The notes beneath the pieces are model-generated. The model saw nothing but the letters and a program-made list of their open reading frames with translations. It did no database searches and was not told the DNA's origin. DNA of 64,000 bases, taken from an uncultured delta proteobacterium. Lineage in GTDB: Bacteria; Myxococcota_A; Polyangia; Polyangiales; B10-G4. The stretch lies in the NCBI GenBank assembly GCA_963727445.1, contig CAVSGI010000014.1, positions 288,001 to 352,000 of the forward strand. Direction: 5' to 3'. Position 1 is the first letter of the stretch; each line of letters starts with the position of its first letter. Below are positions 22,551 to 31,787 of the stretch, one piece after another. Both the position numbers and the translations under genes were made by a program.

Positions 22551-23917
22551 GCGCCCCTCCCTTCGCCGCTGGCGGCGAGACCCGCGCGGCGCTCCACCTC
22601 CGAGACGACGAGCGGATCGACGCGCGGGTTGATGGCTCGGGCCGCGCCGAGCGCCTCGGCGGCACCCGCACGGTCGCCGCGCACCGCGAGCACCAGCGCG
22701 CGGTGAAGGTGAAGGCGCGCGTCGGGCGTACCGAGAGCGAGCGCGCGATCGATCGCCGCGAGGGCTTCGTCGGTGCGCCCGACACGAAGGAGCGCGAGGG
22801 CGTGGGCGTCGCGCGCCGCGATGTTCTGGCGCGCCTGCATCGCGCGCTCGGCGAGGCGCAACGCCTCGGCGGGCTCTGCGTCGTGGCGCGCGAGATAGAC
22901 CGCCATCGGGCGGGGCTCGGCGAGTCGGCGCGCCTGGGCGAGGTGGCGGTCGGCGGCAGCGGCATCGCCCTCGCTCCGCTCTATCTCGCTCAGCGCGAGC
23001 AGGTCCTCGGCCCCCGGCCGACGCGCAACGGACGCCGTCAGCGCCTCGATGGCCGCCGCAGCGTCGCCCGCCATCGCGTGGGTCTTGCCGGCGAGCGAGA
23101 CGGCCGGGAGGTAGTCGGGCACCAGCTCCCTCGCGCGGTCGGCGGCGGCGAGGGCACGACGGGTGTCGCCCTCGCGAAGATAGATGTGGCCGAGGTCGAC
23201 GAAGCAGAAGGCCATCGACTCGGGGTCGCGGGCGCTGCCGGCGTCGATGGCCAGCTCGAGGAGCTCGATGGCGCCCTCGCGGTCACCGTGGAGCCATCGA
23301 AGATGGGCGCCGCGATCGTAACTCCGGAGGTCGGGGCGGATGTCGAGGGCGGCCTGATAGGCGTCGACCGCGCCGTCGTAGTCGCCGAGCTCGAGGAGCG
23401 CGTCGCCCAGCACCATGTGCGCGGTGGGCAGCTCGGGCGCCCTCCTGAGCACGCGGCGCGCGACGTCGCGCGCCTCGGCGAAGCGATGCTGGTCCTGCAG
23501 CATCATGCCGTGCAGGAGCTCGGCGCGCGGGTCGTCGCCGAGCGCGCGGGCGACGCGGAGGGCATCCTGTGCGTAGAGCGCGTAGCCGGCGTCGCTGGTC
23601 TCGCGACGGCGGCGAAGAAAGAGGGTGGCGAGGCCGATGTGCGCCTCGGCGCTCTCGGGCGCGGCGCGGACGGCGTCCTGCGCGGCGGCGATGAGCGCGT
23701 CGGTGGGCGTCGCCTCGCCTTCGGGCACGTAGCCGAGGGCGAGCTCGGCCGGGGCCGGGGGCGCCGGGGTCCGCGTCGCGGCGGCGGCGTGAGCCGACTC
23801 GTGAACGGAGGCCTCGCTCGCGTCCTCGCACGCCCCCAAAGAGAGGGCGGCGAGGAGCGCGGCGAGGGACGGCCAGAGGAGGCGGTGGAGGATTGGATTG
23901 GGGTGTCCCGTGACCAT
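22547..23917 (-). CDS. Tetratricopeptide-repeat lipoprotein
   Basis: Lipobox LGAC; TPR motifs such as AHMVLGDALLELGDYDGAVDAYQAAL. ATG 23917 chosen because it follows an ECF-type promoter motif. Confidence 0.85.
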   Translation of the reverse strand: MVTGHPNPILHRLLWPSLAALLAALSLGACEDASEASVHESAHAAAATRTPAPPAPAELALGYVPEGEATPTDALIAAAQDAVRAAPESAEAHIGLATLFLRRRRETSDAGYALYAQDALRVARALGDDPRAELLHGMMLQDQHRFAEARDVARRVLRRAPELPTAHMVLGDALLELGDYDGAVDAYQAALDIRPDLRSYDRGAHLRWLHGDREGAIELLELAIDAGSARDPESMAFCFVDLGHIYLREGDTRRALAAADRARELVPDYLPAVSLAGKTHAMAGDAAAAIEALTASVARRPGAEDLLALSEIERSEGDAAAADRHLAQARRLAEPRPMAVYLARHDAEPAEALRLAERAMQARQNIAARDAHALALLRVGRTDEALAAIDRALALGTPDARLHLHRALVLAVRGDRAGAAEALGAARAINPRVDPLVVSEVERRAGLAASGEGRGA

Positions 23918-23926
23918 CGTGGGCAG

Positions 23927-23951
23927 TACGCAGCGCGCGCCCTCTTGGATT
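23927..23951 (-). promoter_or_regulatory. Putative ECF sigma promoter AATCC-N16-CGTA upstream of the TPR gene
   Basis: Minus strand reads CAATCC AAGAGGGCGCGCGCTG CGTA, then 9 nt, then ATG. Same geometry as the two motifs at 27.4-27.5 kb. Confidence 0.6.
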
Positions 23952-23997
23952 GACGAAATCATCACCAGCTCCTCGTTCTCCATCGCCTCGGCCAACC

Positions 23998-25293
23998 TCA
24001 GGGGTTCCCGGAGTGCGGGGATGCGAGGTACGGGAAGGTGTTGGTGAAGGGCAGGTCGTTTCCGTCCACGCCGTCACCGAGGGGCGAGCCGCTGTTGCAG
24101 GCGACGGTCAGGAGCGTGTCGGTGACGTCGTCCTCGAGCCAGCGACCGTTGGGGAAGCCCGACTCTGCGAAGGTCTGCCCCTCGCGGATGTCGATGCGCA
24201 ACAGGTCCGCGGGCGTCGTCCCCATCGGCGAGAGCAGCCCGACGATGTCGAGGCGGCCGTCCGCGGGCGTCTCCGGACAGCCCGCGCCGAGGACCAGGTT
24301 CAGAAGACCGGGCACCTCGGGGTCGAGGATGTAGCTACCGAAGTTCGCCACGTCGTCAGCGGGCGCGGAGCGGTTGTAGTGATCCTTGTCCTGAAGGGGA
24401 ATGATCACCTCGTTGACGAGCGGCCAGCCGAGGCGGGAGACCTGCTTGTAGGAGCCGAAGCCGCGACGGTGGTGACGGCGGCCGAGGATGGACACCTGAC
24501 GGCGAAGCGCGCGGGCGTAGATGCCGACCACGCTGTCGGGGCCGGTCGCGCCCGCCATGGGGCGGGTGCCGCCGGCGGCGAGGTCGGCGATTGGCACCTC
24601 GAGCGCCAGGGACATCACGTTGACGCCATCGGTGGTGGGCGCGCCGCCGACTCCGAGGAGATCGAAGACGTGAAGGTCGACGAAGAAGGGCTCGTCACGA
24701 GGACCGGCGAAGACCCGGCCGCCGCCCGAGGTCTCGTGGATCGCCTGGCGGGCGACACCCTCGTAGCTGTCGCTGGGGAAGCTGCGGCTGCCCACGTTCC
24801 ACGGCGCTACCGGCACGTCGCTCGCGATGATGCTGCGCGAGTCGTCCGTCATGTCGATGCGGATGACGTCGTAGACCTGCTTCACGTTGAGGTTCGCGTC
24901 GTCGATCGAGGCGATGGGGCCGACGTTGTAGAGGAAGGTCCCGCCGTTCTCGATCCGGGTGCGGAACCGGAAGCGGTAGCAGACGTCGGAGACCGCGTCT
25001 CCGTCGTTGTCCGCGCAGATCTCGTAGCGAACGCTGTCGGAGAACCGATAGAAGTTCGGGCCGGAGGCAGGGAGGAGGAGGGGAACGTAGTTCGCGACCA
25101 TCACCAGGTTGTCCGGGTTCTCCGGGCTGATGAATGCGTAGAGGTCCGTGTTGTCCGCGAACTGATCCTCGGCGATGGCCGGCGCCTCACGATGGCTGCT
25201 GGCCGAGGCCGAGGTCGTCACGCTGAGCGCCGCGAAGGCGACGATGATCGAAAGCTGAATCCGCTGATTACCCATGTTCATTTCCTCTTTCAC
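23998..25293 (-). CDS. DUF4331 domain-containing exported protein
   Basis: Signal peptide followed by SSHREAP..DNTDLYAF; VFAGPRDEPFFVDL; QVSRLGWPLVNEVII; GFPNGRWLEDDVTD; FPYLASPH. Confidence 0.88.
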   Translation of the reverse strand: MKEEMNMGNQRIQLSIIVAFAALSVTTSASASSHREAPAIAEDQFADNTDLYAFISPENPDNLVMVANYVPLLLPASGPNFYRFSDSVRYEICADNDGDAVSDVCYRFRFRTRIENGGTFLYNVGPIASIDDANLNVKQVYDVIRIDMTDDSRSIIASDVPVAPWNVGSRSFPSDSYEGVARQAIHETSGGGRVFAGPRDEPFFVDLHVFDLLGVGGAPTTDGVNVMSLALEVPIADLAAGGTRPMAGATGPDSVVGIYARALRRQVSILGRRHHRRGFGSYKQVSRLGWPLVNEVIIPLQDKDHYNRSAPADDVANFGSYILDPEVPGLLNLVLGAGCPETPADGRLDIVGLLSPMGTTPADLLRIDIREGQTFAESGFPNGRWLEDDVTDTLLTVACNSGSPLGDGVDGNDLPFTNTFPYLASPHSGNP

Positions 25294-26234
25294 TCGGCGC
25301 GGTAGATCGCGCCGCCTTCCGAATCGACGAGAGCGAAGACGCCAGCCTCACGCGCCGTGCGAATGCCGGCGGGCTCGACCAGGTCGGGGGTCTCGACGAC
25401 GATCGTTTCGCCGGTCGAGATGCGAACGGTGACGAGCTGGGCGTTGCCCGCTTCGTCCACCGTGGGGATGACGGCGGTGTCGCCGCCCGCGGCCAGAGAG
25501 ACGCCGGCCGGTGCGGCCAGACGCAGGCCGGTGACCACCTCGCTGATCTCGCCCGCGGGAGTGATGGCGTAGAGCGCGCCCTGTCCTTCACCGCCGCCCG
25601 CCAGGTGCTCCATGACCCAGGCGACGCTGTCGGCGTCGACGTGCACGCCGGTGGGAGAAGCGAGCGGTGATCCGGCGTAGAGCTCGGTGGCCGCGCCGCC
25701 TTCGGCGGGCACGGTGAAGACGGCCGCTTCGCCATCTTCGTTCCAGCCAGTGACGTAGAGGGTCTCGCAATCCACGGACAGGGCCAGCCCGCTCGGACGC
25801 AGGATGCCGTCGGCCATGAAGGCCATGGGCTCGCCGCCGCCGACCGAGAGGGTGTAGAGCGCTCCCCCGTCGTCCGAGCCAGGCAGGCCCTGGTCGGCGA
25901 CCCACACGTGGTCTCCGTCACAGGACATCACCAGACCGGTCGGGTAAGAGAGCGGCGCCCCCGCGTGAAGCGCGGTCACCGCGCCGCCAGCCGAGGGCAC
26001 GCTGAACACCGCGGGCGCACGATCGTCGTCCGACGTGAAGGCGGTGAAGACGAAGGTCTCACCGTCCGGTGTGGCCACCGCGTCGCCGGGTTGCTCGAAG
26101 CCCTCCGAAGCGACCATGGTGACGTGCTCGGGAGCGGTGTCCGGCAGGCTCGTCCCGCCAGGCCCGTCCTCGCTGCACGCCGTCGCCACGATCGGGATGA
26201 CGAGCGCCGTCAGTAGGATTGGATTTGGTTTCAT
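25290..26234 (-). CDS. NHL/SGL-like beta-propeller lipoprotein
   Basis: Lipobox ATAC; repeated blades LSYPTGLV, ILRPSGLAL, LASPTGVHV, LAAPAGVSL, LVEPAGI. Confidence 0.8.
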   Translation of the reverse strand: MKPNPILLTALVIPIVATACSEDGPGGTSLPDTAPEHVTMVASEGFEQPGDAVATPDGETFVFTAFTSDDDRAPAVFSVPSAGGAVTALHAGAPLSYPTGLVMSCDGDHVWVADQGLPGSDDGGALYTLSVGGGEPMAFMADGILRPSGLALSVDCETLYVTGWNEDGEAAVFTVPAEGGAATELYAGSPLASPTGVHVDADSVAWVMEHLAGGGEGQGALYAITPAGEISEVVTGLRLAAPAGVSLAAGGDTAVIPTVDEAGNAQLVTVRISTGETIVVETPDLVEPAGIRTAREAGVFALVDSEGGAIYRAE

Positions 26235-26255
26235 CTGCCGTCTTCCTCCAGTCGG

Positions 26256-27392
26256 TCAAACGCCGAGCACTGCACGCTCGACGAGCCACACGGCCCCCAT
26301 GGCCGCGATGGCGAACGAGCCGCCGCGCAAGACGACGGGCTCGTAGAGTTTTTTCGACGCGAGCCACGCGAGAGGCGCGAGGAGCACGACGACGAAGGAG
26401 AGCTGCGCGAGCTCGATCCCCACGTTGAAAGAGAAGAGCGCCAGCGCGCGCTGGCTTGCCGGCAGGCCCACTTCGGCGAGCACCGAGGCAAAGCCGAAGC
26501 CGTGGACCAGCCCGAAGACGCCGCTGAGCGCCGGCCGTGCCCCGGAGCGCTCGGGGCGGAGCACGTTGTCGAGGGCGACGACGACGATGGTCGCGGCGAT
26601 GGCCGACTCGACCCAGCGCGGCGGAAGGGTCACCACCCCGAAGGTGGCGAGGGCCAGGGAGACACTGTGGCCGAGGGTGAAGGCGGTGACGACCCAGGCC
26701 ACCTCTCGGCCGGCCACGCGGAGGCCACGCTTCTTCGACACCACACCCCCCGCGAGGAGGAGGGTCAACAGAAAGAGCAGGTGGTCGTAGCCCGTGACCA
26801 GGTGGATGGCGCCCTCGACCACCATCTCGATCGCGGTGGCCGCGGCCGAGGGCGCGGCCACGAGCTCCACGCTGCGCCGCTCCGAGGACAGGACGTGGAC
26901 GGCGTGCGAGTCGCCGTCCATCACCTCGACGACCGTGGCGTGGTCGGGATCGGTGTCGAAGACGGTCTGATCCGAAAGGACGTAGGGGCTGCCCGCTTCG
27001 CAGATGTAGGCGACGCGCACCACCACCGTGTCGATCCCGTCCCGCGACGAGGCGTGAGGCGCGCCGGGTGCCGCGGTGCAGGGCTCGCCGGCGCCGGTGA
27101 CGTTCACGCCGGCGCTGAGCCAGCGCGCGATCAGCGCGGACCGCGCCATGAGGGTGCCCGGATCGGCCTCGAGCCCCAGACCGACGGCGAGGGACGCATC
27201 GACCGCCTCCACCTCGAAGGTGGCCAGGACGCCGTCGCTGAGGAGCTCGGCGCGGACGTTCTTCTTGCTACCGAGGTGGGCGTGCGCGGTCTGCGTGAGC
27301 GCTGCGATGCCGGTGGCCGACAAGATCAGCGTCAGTGCGCAAAGATGTCCGACCGCGCGCAGCTCGCTGCGCGCCCACGTCACTTCCTTCAT
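26256..27392 (-). CDS. HupE/UreJ family membrane protein with an N-terminal periplasmic domain
   Basis: HLVTGYDHLLFLL, VTAFTLGHSVSL, VESAIAATI, FGLVHGFGFA, LFSFNVGIELAQL. Likely start MKEVTW after a GGAG RBS. Confidence 0.9.
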   Translation of the reverse strand: MKEVTWARSELRAVGHLCALTLILSATGIAALTQTAHAHLGSKKNVRAELLSDGVLATFEVEAVDASLAVGLGLEADPGTLMARSALIARWLSAGVNVTGAGEPCTAAPGAPHASSRDGIDTVVVRVAYICEAGSPYVLSDQTVFDTDPDHATVVEVMDGDSHAVHVLSSERRSVELVAAPSAAATAIEMVVEGAIHLVTGYDHLLFLLTLLLAGGVVSKKRGLRVAGREVAWVVTAFTLGHSVSLALATFGVVTLPPRWVESAIAATIVVVALDNVLRPERSGARPALSGVFGLVHGFGFASVLAEVGLPASQRALALFSFNVGIELAQLSFVVVLLAPLAWLASKKLYEPVVLRGGSFAIAAMGAVWLVERAVLGV

Positions 27393-27437
27393 CCGAATCT
27401 CCCTGCCGCCCGGGGGTCGGGCGTCCTGAACCGTCTT

Positions 27438-27467
27438 GTCTACGAGGCAGGGGTGGGAGCGGATCGG
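27438..27467 (-). promoter_or_regulatory. Putative ECF sigma promoter CCGATCC-N16-CGTAGAC for the HupE-DUF4331 operon
   Basis: Minus strand reads CCGATCC GCTCCCACCCCTGCCT CGTAGAC. Confidence 0.7.
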
Positions 27468-27486
27468 TGCAAAACCCACATCGACT

Positions 27487-27516
27487 CCGATCCACTCACC
27501 CGCCCGGTCCGTAGAC
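27487..27516 (+). promoter_or_regulatory. Putative ECF sigma promoter CCGATCC-N16-CGTAGAC for the divergent beta-barrel gene
   Basis: Plus strand reads CCGATCC ACTCACCCGCCCGGTC CGTAGAC; ATG follows 5 nt later. Confidence 0.7.
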
Positions 27517-27521
27517 CTCAC

Positions 27522-27980
27522 ATGAGCGGGTGGATCGAGACGTTGGTGGTTCTCTTCAGCTTCTCTGGCTCACTCGGCCTCAACGGCTTCGCGCCGCCGG
27601 ACCGGGAGCTTGGCCTGGGCCTCGCGTCGATGACCAGCACCGCCCAGCTCGGGAGCCTCTCGCTGCAGCTGAGCGCGGAGGCGGAGTGGGACCTTCACGA
27701 CGCGACGCTGATGCCGCTCGACGTCGCGCTGGTTCAAAACGTCGCCCCGCTCTCCTGGCTGTCGCTCTACGGCGCGGTCGCGACGAACGTCACCGTCGAG
27801 CGCTCCGGGGTGCAGACGCAACAGACCTCGGTCGGCTTCGCCGCGGCGCTCCGCGCGGGCGCGAACGCGCAGCTCACGGACCGGCTCTCGGTCGGCCTCT
27901 CCCTCGAGTACGCCGTACCGATCCAGCCGAGCCCCACTCCCGAGATGATCGTGGAGCTCGGCCCGTCCTTCTCCTTCTGA
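27522..27980 (+). CDS. Small putative outer-membrane beta-barrel protein
   Basis: MSGWIETLVVLF...; alternating hydrophobic strands (LSLQLSAEAEW, LRAGANAQLTDRLSVGLSLEYAV); ends in GPSFSF with terminal Phe. Confidence 0.65.
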   Translation: MSGWIETLVVLFSFSGSLGLNGFAPPDRELGLGLASMTSTAQLGSLSLQLSAEAEWDLHDATLMPLDVALVQNVAPLSWLSLYGAVATNVTVERSGVQTQQTSVGFAAALRAGANAQLTDRLSVGLSLEYAVPIQPSPTPEMIVELGPSFSF

Positions 27981-27988
27981 GAACGCGC

Positions 27989-29749
27989 TCAGTCGAAGAG
28001 GCGCACCAGACGCCCCGGCCGCGCCCCGGTCATCGCACCGTTTTGGGCGATCACCTCGCCGCTCACGATGGTCGCCAGGTATCCATCGGCGGCCTGCAGC
28101 AGGCGCTTGCCTCCGGCGGGCAGATCCTGATGCATGCGTGGCGCGTGGAGACGCAGCCGATCCATGTCGATGATGTTGAGGTCGCCCTTCTGGCCCACCG
28201 CGATCTCGCCGCGGTCGGTGAAGCCGGCGTAGCGCGCGGTCTCTCGCGCCTGCATGCGCACCAGGTGCTCGAGCGGGATCCGGTCGTGGTCGCGGTCGCG
28301 CCCCCAGTGGGTCAACAGGAAGGTCGGGAAGCTGGCGTCGCAGATGGTCCCGACGTGCGCACCACCATCGCTGAGCCCCGGCATGGCGAGGGGATGGGTG
28401 AGCATGGTGTGCAGGTTGTCGAGGTTGTTCTCGATGTAGTTGAAGAGCGGGAAGTAGAGCAGGGCCTTGCCCTCCTCTTCGAGGAGCGCGTCGTAGATCG
28501 TCTCGAGGGCGCTCCGGCCGGTACGCATGGCCTCGGCGGCGAGGCACTTGCCGGGCGTCGGCTCGTAATCGGGCTCTTCGCCCAATCGGAAGAGGCGCAT
28601 CGCAACCATGTCGATGTTGGCCAGGAGCTCGTCGGCCATCGGGGGCACCGCGCTCCCATCGCCCGCGATGGGCTCGCTCTCCTCCTTCAGCATCCGCGCC
28701 TTGAGCTCGGGGTTCTTCATCGCGGCCACGCGCTCGGCGAGCGGCAGGTGGGAGATGGCCTTGTAGGAGGGGAAGCCGATGAAGGGATGGAAGGTCGCGT
28801 CGAGGCCGAGCATCACCCCGACGGCGCGCGCGGCCACCTGCAGGCGCATGGGGATGCCGCGCGCGTTCGCCTGCTCGGCCCGCTCGATGATCTTCCGCCA
28901 CTGGCGGGGCGAGGCGTCGCGCTGCATCAGGGACACCGAGAAGTTGTGGCCACCGGACGCCGCCGCCATCGCCTCGAGCAGTGACCACTCGCGCTCGAAC
29001 TCCTCGTCGCTCACCGCCATGTCGAAATCGCTCACCGCCGACAGCACCCCATGACCGAGGCCGCGGAAGGCCTCGCCGAAGCCCATCAGCTCCTTCTCCA
29101 TCGCCTCCGATGCGGGCGTCGGGCTTCCGTCCGCCAGGCGGTGGTTGTCCGAACGACCGGTGGAGAAGCCGATCGCGCCCGCCTCGAGCGCTTCGCGCAG
29201 GAGGCGCTTCATCTCCGCGATGTCCTCATCGGTCGCGGGCGCGCCGGCGACAGCGCGCTCGCCCATCACATACATGCGCAGCGGGTCGTGGGGCACCTGC
29301 GCCGCGAAGTCGATGCTGTGCGGGATCTTGGCGATCGCCTCCATGTACTCCGGGAAGGACTCCCAATCCCAGGTGAGCCCTTCGGCCAACGCCGAGCCGG
29401 GGATGTCCTCGACGCCCTCCATGAGCGAGATCAGCGCGTCGTGATCGGTGAGCTTCACGGGAGCAAAGCCGACGCCGCAGGATCCCATCACCGCCGTGGT
29501 GACGCCGTGGTTGGAGGACGGCGCCATCTCCTCGTCCCAGGAGATCTGACCGTCGTAGTGGGTGTGGATGTCGGTGAAGCCGGGGGTGACGAGGGCGCCC
29601 GCGGCGTCGATGGTGCGGTGCGCGGCGCCCGGCGCCTTGCCGACCGCCACGATGCGCCCGTCCTTGACGGCCACGTCGCCGCTGAAGCGCGGCGCGCCGG
29701 TGCCATCGATCAACGTTCCACCTTCGATCTTCAGGTCGTACTCGGCCAT
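27989..29749 (-). CDS. N-acyl-D-amino-acid deacylase family amidohydrolase
   Basis: Start [70 protein letters not shown]. Confidence 0.9.
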   Translation of the reverse strand: MAEYDLKIEGGTLIDGTGAPRFSGDVAVKDGRIVAVGKAPGAAHRTIDAAGALVTPGFTDIHTHYDGQISWDEEMAPSSNHGVTTAVMGSCGVGFAPVKLTDHDALISLMEGVEDIPGSALAEGLTWDWESFPEYMEAIAKIPHSIDFAAQVPHDPLRMYVMGERAVAGAPATDEDIAEMKRLLREALEAGAIGFSTGRSDNHRLADGSPTPASEAMEKELMGFGEAFRGLGHGVLSAVSDFDMAVSDEEFEREWSLLEAMAAASGGHNFSVSLMQRDASPRQWRKIIERAEQANARGIPMRLQVAARAVGVMLGLDATFHPFIGFPSYKAISHLPLAERVAAMKNPELKARMLKEESEPIAGDGSAVPPMADELLANIDMVAMRLFRLGEEPDYEPTPGKCLAAEAMRTGRSALETIYDALLEEEGKALLYFPLFNYIENNLDNLHTMLTHPLAMPGLSDGGAHVGTICDASFPTFLLTHWGRDRDHDRIPLEHLVRMQARETARYAGFTDRGEIAVGQKGDLNIIDMDRLRLHAPRMHQDLPAGGKRLLQAADGYLATIVSGEVIAQNGAMTGARPGRLVRLFD

Positions 29750-29815
29750 TTCGACTTCTCCCCTGAGTTGTCCTTTTGGGCGCTTGCCCGCCCATCGAGG
29801 GACCTGTATACTGCT

Positions 29816-29846
29816 TTTAACCGCTCGGTCAAACCGATCGGTTAAA
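29816..29846. promoter_or_regulatory. Double palindromic operator, probably bound by the adjacent TetR
   Basis: TTTAACCGCTCGGTCAAACCGATCGGTTAAA contains two ACCG-NN-CGGT palindromes in an AT-rich divergent intergenic region. Confidence 0.75.
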
Positions 29847-29869
29847 CAATTCCCGATCCGGCGGAGATC

Positions 29870-30472
29870 ATGAGGAAAATAATGGGTGACCCCGCTCAGA
29901 ATCCCCGCGCACAGCAGATCCTCGACGCCGCCGAGGCCCTCCTCACCGCGGAGGGGTACGAAGCGCTGAGCGCCAAGGCGGTGGCGGACCGCGCGGGGGT
30001 GAACAAGGCGCTCGTCTTCTACTACTGGGCCAGCACCGACGCGCTCTTCGACAAGGTGCTCGAGCGCTACTACGCGCGGCACAAGGCCGAGCTCGCCGCC
30101 GCCTTCGAGGGACAGGGCACGCTCAGCGAGCAGCTGCATCGCGTGGTCGACGTCCTCTTCGACTCGATGGGCCGAACGCCAGCCTACCCGCGCATCGTTC
30201 AGCACCAGGTCAGCGGCAACGGCCCGCACCGCGCGCTGGTGCTCGCGCATCTCGCCGAGGTCCAGAGCCGCGTCGCGGCGCTCCTCGCGGATCACGTCCC
30301 CGTGAGCGGCCACCTCTCTGCGCGCCACTTCCACCTGAGCCTGTCGGCGGTGATCATCAACTTCTTCACCTACGGCCCGGCGTACGGCCTGTCGCCCGAA
30401 GAGGATCTCGACGAGCGCCGACAGCACGTGCACTGGCTCGTGGACGCGTGGCTCTCGGCGCTGGAGGTCTAA
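29870..30472 (+). CDS. TetR/AcrR family transcriptional regulator
   Basis: HTH segment [37 protein letters not shown]. Confidence 0.92.
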   Translation: MRKIMGDPAQNPRAQQILDAAEALLTAEGYEALSAKAVADRAGVNKALVFYYWASTDALFDKVLERYYARHKAELAAAFEGQGTLSEQLHRVVDVLFDSMGRTPAYPRIVQHQVSGNGPHRALVLAHLAEVQSRVAALLADHVPVSGHLSARHFHLSLSAVIINFFTYGPAYGLSPEEDLDERRQHVHWLVDAWLSALEV

Positions 30473-30473
30473 C

Positions 30474-31010
30474 TCAGCGCTCAGGCACGCAGTAGCCGCC
30501 TTCACAAGCCGCGGATATCGAAGTGTCCACGCGGCCGTATCCGCAGCGAACGTGACGCCTGAGGAGCGCGTCGACGCGATCGGCGAAGGCCTCTCGCGCG
30601 CTCACGCTCACCGCCTCGGTCGGACCGCAGAGGCCCTCGGCCACCACGCAATCCTCGTCGCTCTCGCAGCGGTGCTCCGTGGGCGGGCCCAGCAGCGCGA
30701 CGCACGCGCCCGACACGCAGGCGGCGGTGGTGTCGGAGGCCGCGATGACTTCCGCGCTGCACGAGCGGTGACGCCCGCGCACCTCGATCATCCGCTCCAT
30801 CTCGCGCACGTGCTCCGCGTTGACCGGCGTGGGGCTTCCGCACACGCCCGACAGCACGCGACAGTCCGCGTGCGTCTCGCAAACCGACCGCGGATCGGAC
30901 GGGGTCGCCGGAGACTCACCCACCTCCGAGAGCTGGGCCGCCGCTCCGGTCTCGGCCCCCTCGTCGCATCCGGCGAGGAGCAAGAGCGCGACGAGCGCGC
31001 ACGCTCTCAT
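30474..31010 (-). CDS. Cys-rich lipoprotein with two internal repeats
   Basis: [16 protein letters not shown] lipobox; duplicated C-E-xxx-DC...G.CG...AAC.xG.CV modules; start overlaps the acyltransferase stop. Confidence 0.75.
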   Translation of the reverse strand: MRACALVALLLLAGCDEGAETGAAAQLSEVGESPATPSDPRSVCETHADCRVLSGVCGSPTPVNAEHVREMERMIEVRGRHRSCSAEVIAASDTTAACVSGACVALLGPPTEHRCESDEDCVVAEGLCGPTEAVSVSAREAFADRVDALLRRHVRCGYGRVDTSISAACEGGYCVPER

Positions 31011-31762
31011 CCCTGCTCGCTTTCGGCCCCGTCGTAGTCCGGCAACCCGCTCTCGATGACCGCGCGGACGTCCTTCATCAGCTCCGCGCGCTTCTTCACG
31101 CCGTACGCGCCGGGATCGATCGGCGGATGGAAACGAACATCGGCGCGCTGGCCCTTGCGAACGCGCCAGTCCTTCGAGGGGAGGATGTCGCGCGTGCCGG
31201 AGATGCTGACCGGAAGGATCGGGATCCCGGTTCCGAGCGCCAGCATGAAGCCGCCCTTCTTGAAGGGCAGCATCGTTCCGCTCTGACTTCGCGTGCCCTC
31301 GGGCGCGATCCAGACGTTGATGCCGGAGTCCATCTTGTCGCGCGCGTATTCGAGCGCGGCGCGCGCCCGCCGGTGGTTCTGCCGATCGATGGGGATGAAC
31401 TCCGCGGCGACCATCGCCTGCCCCATGATCGGCAGCACGAATGTCTCCTTCTTCGCCACCATGCGCATGTGTCCCGGGAACGCGCAGAAGAGGGCGAAGA
31501 TGTCGTACATCGACTGATGGTTCGACATCAGCAGATAGGTCTTCGAACGATCGATGTTCTCGAGTCCGTGGGAGACGAGCTCGGCTTCGGCGAGGGACAT
31601 GGCCCGGCGCGCCCACTCGTCGAGCCGCCGGGTGCACGTCTTCCGCTCGACCCTGCCGAGAGCCGTCTCGACCACGGTCGGCGTGCAGATCCGAAAGGTC
31701 TCCGCGAGCTGAAGGGGCAGGACGAAAGGACTCGGGCCGAGCATCCTCGGCTTCATAGCCAA
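31007..31762 (-). CDS. plsC: 1-acyl-sn-glycerol-3-phosphate acyltransferase family (PlsC-like)
   Basis: SNHQSMYD, FIPIDR, APEGTRS, PFKKGGF, IPILPV. Confidence 0.9.
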   Translation of the reverse strand: MAMKPRMLGPSPFVLPLQLAETFRICTPTVVETALGRVERKTCTRRLDEWARRAMSLAEAELVSHGLENIDRSKTYLLMSNHQSMYDIFALFCAFPGHMRMVAKKETFVLPIMGQAMVAAEFIPIDRQNHRRARAALEYARDKMDSGINVWIAPEGTRSQSGTMLPFKKGGFMLALGTGIPILPVSISGTRDILPSKDWRVRKGQRADVRFHPPIDPGAYGVKKRAELMKDVRAVIESGLPDYDGAESEQG

Positions 31763-31787
31763 AATGGCGGGGAGGCGAAAGCCGAAG

